Program-made: the position numbers and the translations under genes
DNA from: Candidatus Bathyarchaeota archaeon
GTDB lineage: Archaea; Thermoproteota; Bathyarchaeia; Bathyarchaeales; DTEX01
DNA: 64,000 nucleotides
Assembly: GCA_018396995.1 (NCBI GenBank)
Contig: JAGTQB010000005.1
Location: forward strand, 15,198-79,197
Direction: 5' to 3'
Notes under the pieces: generated by a model
Told to the model about the DNA's origin: nothing
The model's input: the letters and a program-made list of their open reading frames with translations, nothing else
Database searches by the model: none
Shown here: in pieces, positions 53,533 to 63,727 of the stretch
How the letters are laid out: every line of letters starts with the position of its first letter
How positions within the stretch are numbered: the stretch's first letter is position 1

Positions 53533-54063
53533 GTGCAGAGATTGGGTGTGAGCGCCCCAATAGTTACAATGATCGTTTTCATTGGGGCAATAGCCTTCAC
53601 CGCCTCAACAGCTAACATTATAGTGAACGCAATGCAGTTGCTGATTGAGTTAACCTCAAGCATCAACATAGAGTATGATGGGGCTTACACGAGGATCGAG
53701 ATCTCTAACGCCACAGTGGTGAATGGCGTGATCACACTATTAATTAAGAATTTCGGCCCAGAAACGGTGCTTCTCGTTGACCAAGGATACAAGTGGTGTA
53801 GCCTGGCTATAACATATAATTCGGTGAGGGGCTGGATTACATTCCTTCTAGATGAATACGAGGTGGCCAGCATCATCATGCTAAATTCGAATGTATCACG
53901 CAGTTACTCAGGGCGCATCTCCATTAATCCCGGTGAGGGGGCTTATATCACTGCTAGGTTGCCGGATGAGGCGCCCAAAATGATCGCTGGTTCTCCCATC
54001 ATAATTGTTTTCTCAACAAGGTTTGGGGATACGTCCAAGTATGTGGTGGTCGAGGATGATTAG
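53533..54063 (+). CDS. arlF: Archaellum protein ArlF-like (FlaF)
   Basis: N-terminal TM plus a beta-sandwich with ITLLIKNFGPETV. Assigned by operon order. Confidence 0.6.
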   Translation: MQRLGVSAPIVTMIVFIGAIAFTASTANIIVNAMQLLIELTSSINIEYDGAYTRIEISNATVVNGVITLLIKNFGPETVLLVDQGYKWCSLAITYNSVRGWITFLLDEYEVASIIMLNSNVSRSYSGRISINPGEGAYITARLPDEAPKMIAGSPIIIVFSTRFGDTSKYVVVEDD

Positions 54064-54763
54064 GTTAAAGATTATTCCGTTGGGTGTTAAGGGTATTGAT
54101 GAGGTCTTAGGGGGTGGTTTCCCGCATCCAACCCTAATATCTATTGAAGGTGATCACGGAACCGGGAAGTCGGCTATAACCCAGCAGATGATTTATGCGG
54201 CCCTCAGGGAGGGCTTAAGAGCCTACGTTATAACCACTGAGACTAGAACAAAAGAATATCTCTCAATGATGGACTCAATAAGACTTAACCCATACGGATA
54301 CTTCATGAGTGGTAAGTTGAGGATATATCCGCTTCACGTGAAGGCGGGCGAATGGTCTGAGAGCGCCCTCCTTCTATTCATGAATCTCATCAGGAAATTT
54401 TTAGAGAGTAAGGTGAATGAATATGATATCGCAGCCATAGATAACCTCAGCATCCTGGCGTCTAAGGCAGATTACAGCGACTTTTTATCGTTTGTAACCA
54501 AGATCAAAAGCCTCGTCTCGGAGGGTAAGACTGTGATCCTAACCTTTCACTACAACTTCATCTCAGAGAACCTCATTAGGGAACTTAGGGCCTCCTCCGA
54601 CGTATATATAGTTTTAAGAAATACTAACGTAGCTGGGATGAGTGTAAAGTCTCTTGAGGTTGTGAAAATCTGGGGTACTGGAAGCAAAAAGAAATCCGTT
54701 CTCTTTGAGGTTGATCCCAAGATGGGCTTAAGGGTTGTGCCAATAGCGGGTGTTAAAATATGA
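54056..54763 (+). CDS. arlH: Archaellum protein ArlH (RecA/KaiC-like ATP-binding)
   Basis: GIDEVLGGGFPHPTLISIEGDHGTGKS Walker A. The ATG at 54056 overlaps the arlF stop. Confidence 0.85.
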   Translation: MIRLKIIPLGVKGIDEVLGGGFPHPTLISIEGDHGTGKSAITQQMIYAALREGLRAYVITTETRTKEYLSMMDSIRLNPYGYFMSGKLRIYPLHVKAGEWSESALLLFMNLIRKFLESKVNEYDIAAIDNLSILASKADYSDFLSFVTKIKSLVSEGKTVILTFHYNFISENLIRELRASSDVYIVLRNTNVAGMSVKSLEVVKIWGTGSKKKSVLFEVDPKMGLRVVPIAGVKI

Positions 54764-56400
54764 TGCTATCTCTTAAGAAGCGCTTAGGCGTTAAGGGCGC
54801 TGTGGGAGCACGTTTAATCCTAATGGATGATATACCCAAAACTATTGAGGAAGCCGTAAACAAGTATCCATACTTAGCAGAGTATCTCAATAGTTTGTCG
54901 AATAAGCCGCGTTATATGGTCAATCTAAGTTTAGAGCTAAAGGTGGGCGAGGAGACCAGTGTCCTTTATCCCTTAGGTAAGGGCATATTTATTCACGTAT
55001 TTAAAAAGGGGACTGAAGGCAAATATGTTATTATTGAGCCGCCAAAACCCCCGGCTGAGATTTTAAGGGCTGTTGAGACCGCGGTGGGCAGGCTTGTTGA
55101 TGAGAAGATTGTTGGTGAATCACCCTTTGAAGAGCTGATTAACCTCTATAATATGGCTAAGAGGAAGAAGATATTCAAGGCTAAGAACTTAAATGAAGAG
55201 TATTTACTATATCACTTCTTAAGGGAGAAGGTTGGATACGGCTTCCTCGAGGGGCTCTTAGCGGACCCCTACTTAGAAGATATAAGTGTCCCCGGAGCTG
55301 GGAACATATTTGTATATCACAGGATTTTCGGGAGTCTAGAAACAAACGTTAATATTCCGGGAGAGGAGATAGATAGGGTTTTAAGGAGTATTGCGGAGAG
55401 ATTTGGTAAAATATTAAGCTACTCTAACCCAATAATAGATATTCATCTGCCCGACGGTAGCAGGTTCAATATAGTTTTTGGCGAAGACATAAGCCTTAAA
55501 GGAAGCAACTTCACTATACGTAAGTTTGCTAAGGAGCCGGTCTCGATAGCCCACCTAATTAGGTGGCGCACCATATCCGCAGAGGCGGCAGCATATCTAT
55601 GGATGCTATTTGATGTGGGTATCTCAGCCCTAATATGCGGTGAAACAGCTTCTGGTAAGACAACAACCCTAAACGCTTTAACAGCCTTCATTAAACATGA
55701 TGCAAAAATAGTGAGTATCGAAGAAACCCCTGAAGTAAATCTATTCCACAAGAATTGGGTTAGAGAGATTACGAGACTCCATACTGGTAGCCCCGTCACA
55801 ATGTTCGATTTGTTGAAGGCTGCGTTAAGGCAGAGACCAGACTATATAATTGTCGGCGAGATTAGGGGCGAGGAAGGTAAAATAGCTTTTCAGGCAATTG
55901 AGACTGGTCATCCAGTCATATCAACAATGCACGCCGGGAGCATGGAGCAGCTGCTACAGAGATTAACCTCGCATCCAATTGATGTGCCGAAAACCCACAT
56001 AAGCTCCCTAAACTTAGCTGTCTTCCAAGCTAGGATTGAGAGGGATGGGAGGCTCATTAGGAGAATCCTTTCAATTAACGAGATTTTAGGCTACGATCCA
56101 AACGAGGATAGAATAGTGTTTTTACCATCAGTTATCTATGACCCTGACGCGGACTCCCATGACTTCATGAAGATGAGTTATCTGCTTGAGAATACTGTTC
56201 TGCGTTTTAGGGGGTGGGGACGGGATAGGATACAAGATCTTTACGAGGAGCTTGAGATGCGAAAAGAGATATTGAAATATCTATCTGAGAAGAGACCCAG
56301 CTACGTAGATGTCTTTAAGACAGTTATTGAGGTGAATAATAAGGGTGTTAAATCTGTTTATGAGGCTATTAAGGAAGGTAAGACCCCTTGGCTAGATTAG
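54760..56400 (+). CDS. arlI: Archaellum motor ATPase ArlI (FlaI)
   Basis: Secretion-ATPase motifs GETASGKTT, RQRPDYIIVGEIRG and TGHPVISTMHA. Confidence 0.95.
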   Translation: MMLSLKKRLGVKGAVGARLILMDDIPKTIEEAVNKYPYLAEYLNSLSNKPRYMVNLSLELKVGEETSVLYPLGKGIFIHVFKKGTEGKYVIIEPPKPPAEILRAVETAVGRLVDEKIVGESPFEELINLYNMAKRKKIFKAKNLNEEYLLYHFLREKVGYGFLEGLLADPYLEDISVPGAGNIFVYHRIFGSLETNVNIPGEEIDRVLRSIAERFGKILSYSNPIIDIHLPDGSRFNIVFGEDISLKGSNFTIRKFAKEPVSIAHLIRWRTISAEAAAYLWMLFDVGISALICGETASGKTTTLNALTAFIKHDAKIVSIEETPEVNLFHKNWVREITRLHTGSPVTMFDLLKAALRQRPDYIIVGEIRGEEGKIAFQAIETGHPVISTMHAGSMEQLLQRLTSHPIDVPKTHISSLNLAVFQARIERDGRLIRRILSINEILGYDPNEDRIVFLPSVIYDPDADSHDFMKMSYLLENTVLRFRGWGRDRIQDLYEELEMRKEILKYLSEKRPSYVDVFKTVIEVNNKGVKSVYEAIKEGKTPWLD

Positions 56401-57962
56401 GGCGAACAGCGGCCCCAATAATAGCTATGCTAATATTGGGTTTAGTCTCAGCGTACTCGCTCTTAAACCAAGACTTCATGGTTGCAGTTATATGTATTGT
56501 CATAGCCCTAACAATAGCCTTCTTCCACATGTCGCTCCTAAGACCCCCTGGGAGGATTAAATTTAACATAACATATGTTTCGGCGATATTACATATGTAT
56601 GGAATTGCCACGGGCGAAGCTGGACCGAAAGAGCTTGTTGGGGTGATCTCTGAGACTGAGGAGTATGGTGCTTTAAGATCAATATTTAGAAGGATAAAGG
56701 TGTTAGCGGAGAAGTTTGGATATGGCTTCACGCGCGCCACATCTATCGTCGCGCAGGCCACTAAACCACCACTAAAGGACTTTTTAATGAGGTGTACTGA
56801 AATTTTCTCAAGCAGGAGACCTAGGGATTACTTGGAGATAGAGGTAAACACCGTTATAGAAGAGTACGCTGGCATGTATACTAGGGCACTGGATAACCTT
56901 AGATTAATGGGCGGCATCTTCATAACGTTTCAGAGCACAGTTATATTCATAGTCATAACAATCTCGATCTTCACAATTTTCCTTGCTGAGTCAAGCCTTA
57001 TCTATCTATCCTACGCCATCTCCCTCTTATCCTTGATCCTCCTCTTCCTTGGATTTAGAAATGTGCCCCCTAAAGATCCCCTCTTCTATAAGGGTGAAGA
57101 GACACCTAGATCACATAAATTATTTGCCCACATGCTGGCTATAACCCCCATATTTATAGTTCCATCAGTAATTCTCTGTCTCCTCAACGAGATTCCAGTA
57201 GCATTTGCTATTTTAGGAGTAGGTGTGCTTATACCCGGTTTATTTGCCTATAGTTTAGAGCGCTTCATAAATAATGTTGAATCTTACTACCCCGTTTTCA
57301 TTAAGGCCGTCAGCGAGCACTTAATATCGATATCCGATTTAAAGTCCGTTTTTTCCTACGTTCTCTATATGGAGCTTGGTCCCCTAAAGAGGTTGGTTAA
57401 TAAGGCTTTAAATAGGTTAAGGCTTGGCATAAGTGCTGAAGAAACAATAAATCTCTTTTCCTCGGAGACCGGGTCACACTCGATTCACATAGCTGACAGA
57501 ATATTCTTGGACGCCTTTAGGCGTGGAGGGGATATTGTAGAGGTTGGTAAGAAGCTAAGTAACTTTGTGGTTAAGGTTCTTGAGCTGAGAAAGAGGAGGC
57601 TCTCTGTGGCGAGGAGCTTCGAGATAATGGTTATGATAATGCAACCCCTAATTGTTATCCTAATGGTTCTATTGACTGGCGTACTAGACTTCTTCTCATC
57701 ACTGCTCATAAACATCCCCTTCTTCACCTTTGGGAAGATCCCACTAGGCTTCATTAGGACTACAAATGCTGCAATAACGCTGCTTTTAGCCTTCTTAAAT
57801 TCCCTGGCAGTAAATGATGCAAGAGGAGGATACTGGGGTTCATCACTATTATATGCTGGAATCCTACTACTCGTGAGCTCCCTCTCATGGCTCCTTACTG
57901 AACAATTTATAGTGGCATACTTCACTGGTATATCAAGCGACTTATGGAGGACCGTAATTTAA
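56388..57962 (+). CDS. arlJ: Archaellum membrane platform protein ArlJ (FlaJ)
   Basis: 524-aa polytopic protein with two cytoplasmic helical domains (TadC/GspF-like), overlapping the arlI stop. Confidence 0.85.
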   Translation: MARLGRTAAPIIAMLILGLVSAYSLLNQDFMVAVICIVIALTIAFFHMSLLRPPGRIKFNITYVSAILHMYGIATGEAGPKELVGVISETEEYGALRSIFRRIKVLAEKFGYGFTRATSIVAQATKPPLKDFLMRCTEIFSSRRPRDYLEIEVNTVIEEYAGMYTRALDNLRLMGGIFITFQSTVIFIVITISIFTIFLAESSLIYLSYAISLLSLILLFLGFRNVPPKDPLFYKGEETPRSHKLFAHMLAITPIFIVPSVILCLLNEIPVAFAILGVGVLIPGLFAYSLERFINNVESYYPVFIKAVSEHLISISDLKSVFSYVLYMELGPLKRLVNKALNRLRLGISAEETINLFSSETGSHSIHIADRIFLDAFRRGGDIVEVGKKLSNFVVKVLELRKRRLSVARSFEIMVMIMQPLIVILMVLLTGVLDFFSSLLINIPFFTFGKIPLGFIRTTNAAITLLLAFLNSLAVNDARGGYWGSSLLYAGILLLVSSLSWLLTEQFIVAYFTGISSDLWRTVI

Positions 57963-57978
57963 ATTTGGGGTGTAGTGA

Positions 57979-58377
57979 ATGAGCCCTTTAAAGGGGGTTA
58001 AAATGGTATATATAGTGGCATTAGCCTCAATGCTTTTAGGAGTCTTAGTAGGCCTCCTAATAATACAGGATTATGCTGGTAGGGGGATAGGTCTCTGCGG
58101 GAACCATCAGGAAGAGTTTCAGCTAAAAGCGGAGTTTAGAAATGGGAGGCTTGTGGTCTCCATAACCAACCTAGGTAGTAGTGAAGTTGAGGTTCAAATG
58201 GTCTTCCTGGAAGGTAGAGATTATATAGACTTTGAGGCACCCATTAATGTGCCAGTTAAGCCAGGAGATACTGTTGAAATAAGGACTGAGATTATGCAGC
58301 CTGATGGCGGAACATGCACTGTGAGGGTGAAGTTATCGAATGGGCGGACACTTGACTGTAAGATCGCCGCCAGATGA
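57979..58377 (+). CDS. Small membrane-anchored beta-sandwich protein (third ArlF/ArlG-like paralog?)
   Basis: An N-terminal TM (VYIVALASMLLGVLVGLLII), then LVVSITNLGSSEVEV, the same x-I/V-x-N-x-G motif as arlF/arlG. It lies directly after arlJ. Confidence 0.4.
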   Translation: MSPLKGVKMVYIVALASMLLGVLVGLLIIQDYAGRGIGLCGNHQEEFQLKAEFRNGRLVVSITNLGSSEVEVQMVFLEGRDYIDFEAPINVPVKPGDTVEIRTEIMQPDGGTCTVRVKLSNGRTLDCKIAAR

Positions 58378-58482
58378 ACAGACCATATTTCCCTATAGCG
58401 AGGAAGAATACTTATTCTCCGATACTTATCGAAGAATAATAATTATTATATAATTGGGATGGGATAACTGCTACTCAGTAGT

Positions 58483-58881
58483 GTGATGGGAATGAGTTTT
58501 ACTGAGGCAAGGGGCTCTGAAAATAAGAGTTTTGCTAGGCAGTCCCATGTTTTCTCACGTACTTCCACAGCCTCAATAGTACTCTCTGAAAGAAGGTCTT
58601 ACGAGAAGGCTTCTGAGTCCAAGATATTAATAAAATCTTTTACGAAAGAAGAGATAATGAGAGTCTTAAGGGAGAACATAGGTTCAAGAAATATGCTGAG
58701 ATTACTCACAATGATTGAATTTTTAGAGAGTAGAAGAGGGAGGAGTGCAAGTGAAGAATTCATCAAGAACATCATTTTACTCTCTCTTCTATATGGATCT
58801 GGACGGAATAAGAAGGAGCTGGCTTTTGTAGACATAGTTTTTCAGGCATTATATGAAACCCTGACAAAGAGCAGTAAATAA
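58483..58881 (+). CDS. Hypothetical protein
   Basis: 132-aa ORF in a segment that looks AT-rich. I recognise no motif, and its coding status is uncertain. Confidence 0.25.
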   Translation: MMGMSFTEARGSENKSFARQSHVFSRTSTASIVLSERRSYEKASESKILIKSFTKEEIMRVLRENIGSRNMLRLLTMIEFLESRRGRSASEEFIKNIILLSLLYGSGRNKKELAFVDIVFQALYETLTKSSK

Positions 58882-59075
58882 TAATTTCTATTTCCCTGAG
58901 GGAGATAAAACATCTATTGTTGAAATTGGTCAAGAGAACCTTCCTCAACAAACATATTCTATCATACAGTTTTCCATAGAAACCATCTAGCGGACTGCTT
59001 TGAACCAAGTAAGCTTTAATATTTCCTGCTAGACACTTATTAATCTAATAACGCCACAGTTATCAAGTTCGTCTA

Positions 59076-60533
59076 GTGATGAGCTTTATGGCTGAGGAAG
59101 CCGAGCCTTTATTGGGGACACGTGAAGTAGATAAGTATAGGGATAAAATTATCAATGGCCCGATCATAAAAACTTTCCTTTGGCTTGGCACTCCACCATT
59201 ACTAAACCAGCTTGTCCTCATATCCTATAACGTTGCTAACACATACTGGCTCAGTTGTTACAGCGAGCTATGCATCTCCGTCCCCAGGCAGGTTTTCCCA
59301 GTAATTATGCTTTTTCAAGCACTTGTAATGGCTTTTAACGCCGCCTGTCTAAGTATACTCTCACAGAGTGTTGGGGCGGGGGCCTATGCTGTTGCGAGTA
59401 CTGAGGCCTCAAGATTCTTTACTGTGGCCTGCATTACTGGAGCAACCTTAAACGTAACTCTCCTAACCTTAAGAGATAAAATTTTCTCTTGGCTAGTTTA
59501 CACGCCACGCGAAATATTTGATGAAGTTATGGCTTTCACATCTATTGCCGCCTTTGACGTCCTCTTCATGGCCGTAGCCTTCACCCTTACAACACTACTC
59601 CAAAGCTTAGGGGATACTAAGCGACCCGCTATAATCAATATTATAAGTGTTATAGTTAACGTGATGCTTGACCCCCTCTTTATTTTAGGTGTGGGGCCAT
59701 TTCCACGTTTAGGGGTTGTCGGAGCGGCTATAACGGATGTAATGGGAAAAATTATTTCGATTGCCGGACAAGCCTATCTGCTCAAAAGAAATTATCCAAT
59801 ATTAAAGCTTAGCTTCACAAGAAACTTTAGCTTTAATTGGGCTAAAATCGTGCTGAGGATAGGTTTTCCAGTCCTATCTTTCGGCATATTGAATGGTTTT
59901 GCCTTTATATTGCAGCAGAGACTCATCAATATGCTAGGTATAGTTGCTGCGACAGCTCTCTCCGTTGGCTTTGTGGTGGTGCAGATTGTTGATGGCGCCT
60001 TATTTGGACTATGTCAAGCTACTGCCATAATGGTTGGACAAAGCCTTGGGGCAGCCAACCCTAGAAGGGCGAGGGAGGTTGCATTTAAAACAACCATGAT
60101 AGTGTTTATTTTCGTTATGGTTGGCGTGATCGCAGTTTATCCATTTAGGCGGCTGATAATAAACCTCTTTGTAACCAGCCCAGAGATAGTTGAGGAGACG
60201 GAGCTTTTCCTAAACATGATGCTTCCATCTCTCCCCTTCTTTGGAATATGTATAAATGCAATGGCTGTTGGGAGAGGTGCTGGACACACAATAACCCCCA
60301 CGGCGGTCGAGATAGTGAGGATATGGAGTATAAGGGTAGCGTTGGGATATTTCCTAACATTTGTGGCCAACATGAATACAATAGGTATGTGGATACCGCT
60401 TTCACTAAGCAATTTTATAGGGGGAGTTGCCTTAGCCACTTGGGTGAAATGTGGGAAATGGGATAAAACTGTAATAGAGATAAATTGGGTTACCGGTAAG
60501 GGTAGACTATCACCCTATGGCCGCTTCACATAA
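59076..60533 (+). CDS. MATE-family efflux transporter
   Basis: About 12 TM segments with the two-lobe MATE layout (PLLNQLV..., GAGHTITP...). Confidence 0.8.
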   Translation: MMSFMAEEAEPLLGTREVDKYRDKIINGPIIKTFLWLGTPPLLNQLVLISYNVANTYWLSCYSELCISVPRQVFPVIMLFQALVMAFNAACLSILSQSVGAGAYAVASTEASRFFTVACITGATLNVTLLTLRDKIFSWLVYTPREIFDEVMAFTSIAAFDVLFMAVAFTLTTLLQSLGDTKRPAIINIISVIVNVMLDPLFILGVGPFPRLGVVGAAITDVMGKIISIAGQAYLLKRNYPILKLSFTRNFSFNWAKIVLRIGFPVLSFGILNGFAFILQQRLINMLGIVAATALSVGFVVVQIVDGALFGLCQATAIMVGQSLGAANPRRAREVAFKTTMIVFIFVMVGVIAVYPFRRLIINLFVTSPEIVEETELFLNMMLPSLPFFGICINAMAVGRGAGHTITPTAVEIVRIWSIRVALGYFLTFVANMNTIGMWIPLSLSNFIGGVALATWVKCGKWDKTVIEINWVTGKGRLSPYGRFT

Positions 60534-60563
60534 ATTGAGGAAAAAGAGGAATATTTATTCTAG

Positions 60564-61430
60564 TTAGATGAAGGATGGCATTATCTCCTTAGCAAATTTC
60601 CTTGTAACCTCAAGATACTCTCCTGAGGAGTATGGATTTGATAGCCCGGGGCCCTTAAAGAGCTCCACTATATAGTAGTTGCACCCGGCATGCATGTACT
60701 CCTCAATAATTTTTGCATCATCATTAATGCTTCCGAGAACAGCAAATGTAAAGTTTCTCATGTCTCTTCCATACTTCTTCGCGTACTCTCTTATAGCCCT
60801 AGCGCGCTTTTCAAACTCTTGGATTGGTAGATAGGCTCTTGGAACCGATCTTGGAAATATCCAGCCATTAAAGTACTTGGCTGTTATCTTTAACATCCTA
60901 TCTCCGAGGCAGCCAGACCATATTGGTGGGTGAGGCTTCTGGAGAGGCTTCGGGTAGAGTACGGCATCCTTAAGCCTATAATATTTCCCATCATAGGTTA
61001 CCTTATCTTCAGTCCACAGCTTCAACATTATCTCAACCCCCTCGCGGAATTTGTCAACTCTAACCGATGGTGAGTCAAAACCCAATGAATAGTTTATGAA
61101 TTCTTCTGGAACAGCTCCGGCGCCTAAGCCAACTATTGTCCTACCGTTTGAGAGGTAATCGACTGTTGAAATCATCTTAGCTAAGTAGCTTGGCGTATAC
61201 CTTGGGAGTGGGGAGACGTTTGTTCCAAGCCTAATGCGCTCCGTTATGGCGGATATGTATGATAGGGTGACCCAGGCATCAACAAGCTCATTTGTCACGA
61301 TTGGCAGCATACAATGGTCTGGCAAAAAAATCGCGTCAAAGCCTAAATCCTCGGCCAATTGCACCCAATCATGAAGTTGCTTCTTATTCTCCCACCATGG
61401 GCGTGGTGTTGGACATATGGCGAAGCGCAT
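60564..61430 (-). CDS. Luciferase-like (LLM class) flavin/F420-dependent oxidoreductase
   Basis: MRFAICPTP...LGFDAIFLPDH, GRTIVGLGAG and KPHPPIWSG. It is a paralog of 19724-20617. Confidence 0.8.
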   Translation of the reverse strand: MRFAICPTPRPWWENKKQLHDWVQLAEDLGFDAIFLPDHCMLPIVTNELVDAWVTLSYISAITERIRLGTNVSPLPRYTPSYLAKMISTVDYLSNGRTIVGLGAGAVPEEFINYSLGFDSPSVRVDKFREGVEIMLKLWTEDKVTYDGKYYRLKDAVLYPKPLQKPHPPIWSGCLGDRMLKITAKYFNGWIFPRSVPRAYLPIQEFEKRARAIREYAKKYGRDMRNFTFAVLGSINDDAKIIEEYMHAGCNYYIVELFKGPGLSNPYSSGEYLEVTRKFAKEIMPSFI

Positions 61431-61563
61431 GAATCTACTTTACAACATGATGTACATAAAAAGTTTGCCCAACGCTAAATTCTTAAATTCTCCTTATATG
61501 ATTGTTTAGAAATGTTTATTAGAGAGGTTACACCACTTATGTCCTCTCTTAAAGGAGGAAGAA

Positions 61564-63078
61564 GTGAGGAACGTGTATCTTCCGGACGAAATGGCTGTAG
61601 AAAGCGGGTTACTTAGTAGGCTTATGCTAGAGGGGAGAATAAATGGTAGAGTTCTCATCCATAGTTCAATTATCAAGTATATTGAGATGAAGGCTTCAAA
61701 GGGGGACTTTAGAGGTGTTAGAGAGCTTGAAAGGGCGCGTAAGATAGCGGAGGAAAGAAGTATTCAATTTGAGCTTCTGGACGGTGACTCTTTCTTAAGC
61801 CTAAAGGAGGCTTTAAGGGAGCTAGCCCTAAAGACGGGCTCAACAATAGTCACAGCAGATTATGTTTCAGCAATGGTTTGCAGGGCTTTAGGCATTAACG
61901 TTCTATACGATAGGGTTCAGGTTGAGGTAAGGCTTGAAGAGCTCTTTAATGGCGGAGACGTAATGTCCATCCACTTGAAGGAGAACCTTCCCCCAAGGGT
62001 TAAGAGGGGGGCTCCTGGCAAATGGGTTTTTGAAACTATTGGCGATAAGGCTTTAAGTAGGGAGGAGATTGAAGGTTTAGTCCATGAAATTCTTGATAGA
62101 GCTAGGGCTGGGGAGGGCTTTATAGAGGCGAGCACTGATGGATCCATAATAGTTCAGCTTGGCGCATATAGGATAGTGATAACTAAGCCACCCTTCAGTG
62201 ATGGCCTAGAAATCACTGCTGTGAAGCCTATAGCCCATATGTCACTTGAAGATTACAATCTACCACCAAAGCTCCTTAAAAGGCTTGAGAAGCAGGCTGA
62301 GGGTATATTAATAGCCGGGGCTCCGGGGATGGGTAAGTCGACGTTCGCCCAAGCTCTGGCAGAATTTTATCTAAGGAGAGGTAAAATAATTAAGACGATT
62401 GAGGCCCCAAGAGACCTCCAGCTCCCCGAGGAGGTCACCCAATACTCTAAGGTTAGTGGGAGTTCTCAAGAGATTCACGACGTCTTGTTGCTTAGTAGGC
62501 CAGACTACACGATATTTGATGAGATGAGAGATACTGAGGACTTTAAGTTATATACTGATTTGAGACTCGCAGGCGTAGGTATGGTTGGAGTTGTTCATGC
62601 GACAACAGCTATAGATGCCATCCAGCGCTTTATAGGAAGGGTTGAGCTGGGCGTTATACCCTCAGTAATAGACACGGTTATATTTATAAGGGATGGTGGT
62701 GTTGAGAAGGTTTACAGCATCGAGAACGTTGTTAAGATTCCATACGGTCTTAGGGACGCAGACTTAGCCAGACCAGTAGTTGTTATAAGGGACTTCTTAA
62801 CCGATGAACCTGAGTACGAAATATACGTTTTCGGAGAGAAGACCTTTGTCGTTCCAATTAAACGCAAAAAACATGATGAGGAAGAGACTATATATAATGA
62901 TGTAGGAACCCTACTTGAGAAGTATACTCGCAATTATAGGATTGAGGTTGACGGCGACGCACTAATAGTGCATGTTCCCAGGGAGACCTACCCTATAATC
63001 TTAAGGAAGTGCCTAAGGAAACTTGAGAGAATAGGGAAGAAATCAGGTCTCACAAGTGTATCCATAGAAATAATATAA
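61564..63078 (+). CDS. PIN-domain/PilT-like ATPase with a C-terminal KH-like domain (COG1855 type)
   Basis: An N-terminal PIN-like region, Walker A GAPGMGKST, and DEMRD. The overall size and layout fit the conserved archaeal PINc-ATPase. Confidence 0.75.
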   Translation: MRNVYLPDEMAVESGLLSRLMLEGRINGRVLIHSSIIKYIEMKASKGDFRGVRELERARKIAEERSIQFELLDGDSFLSLKEALRELALKTGSTIVTADYVSAMVCRALGINVLYDRVQVEVRLEELFNGGDVMSIHLKENLPPRVKRGAPGKWVFETIGDKALSREEIEGLVHEILDRARAGEGFIEASTDGSIIVQLGAYRIVITKPPFSDGLEITAVKPIAHMSLEDYNLPPKLLKRLEKQAEGILIAGAPGMGKSTFAQALAEFYLRRGKIIKTIEAPRDLQLPEEVTQYSKVSGSSQEIHDVLLLSRPDYTIFDEMRDTEDFKLYTDLRLAGVGMVGVVHATTAIDAIQRFIGRVELGVIPSVIDTVIFIRDGGVEKVYSIENVVKIPYGLRDADLARPVVVIRDFLTDEPEYEIYVFGEKTFVVPIKRKKHDEEETIYNDVGTLLEKYTRNYRIEVDGDALIVHVPRETYPIILRKCLRKLERIGKKSGLTSVSIEII

Positions 63079-63397
63079 CGGAAAAATCGCTTTTAAGGGT
63101 AAAAGACTCCTAAAAACTTAATAAAGTTCTTCAAATTCACCTGCAACCCAAATTTAAAGGTGATTTAGGCAACTCTCTTACAAGAGTCAGAATACAAAAA
63201 TAGTGGGCGGGAGGAATTTGAACTCACTCACAACTGGAAATCTCTCCTGCAAATCCCTCTTTCTCTATTTTTGACAATAATATTGCTTTCATTTTTGTCT
63301 GCAACTGATAAAGAAACTTTCAGTCAGGTAAGGAATTTATCTAATGGAGCTGTAGGTTCTTTAGTGGATTCTTTCTCAAACTTTTAGATGGCTTTAG

Positions 63398-63690
63398 GCT
63401 AGATCAGATCTTATTGCTGTCATGGATGCAGATTTACAGCACCCTCCTGAATTGCTTCCAAAAATGTACATGAAGATGATGGAGGGATATGACTTAGCCG
63501 TGGCATCTAGATACGTTAAAGGAGGAAGAATCGAGGGCTGGAAGCCTCGCTAGGAGACTTATCTCATGGGGCGCAACAAAGCTGGCGCACATATTCTTGC
63601 CGAGTACGAGAGGGGGAAACATCAACCAGGTGTTTCTTTATTGCTTCACGCCTTTACAGTTCCATTATTACTTATGAAGTAATCTTTCTT
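63398..63690 (+). pseudogene. GT2 (dolichyl-phosphate mannose synthase-like) glycosyltransferase fragment
   Basis: The fragment starts mid-gene after a TAG: DLIAVMDADLQHPPELLPKMYMKMMEGYDLAVASRYVKGGRIEGW, with a stop at 63551. It continues in another frame as RRLISWGATKLAHIFLP. Confidence 0.55.
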
Positions 63691-63727
63691 TTTATCTTCA
63701 TAAAGTTTCGATTAAGTGTTGTCTCAT

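Noticed and set aside
58483-58520. GUGAUGG-12 nt-CUGA at the start of the 58483 ORF, considered as a C/D half-unit.
   Set aside because: There are no C'/D' elements or terminal stem, and two further CUGA motifs nearby look coincidental.
63203-63225. A possible tRNA gene on the minus strand (UUCAAAU loop plus CCCGCCCAC).
   Set aside because: The T-stem does not pair (GUGAG vs UCCUC) and there is no 5' acceptor strand or anticodon arm within 150 nt. It is kept only as a possible att-site or fragment observation.
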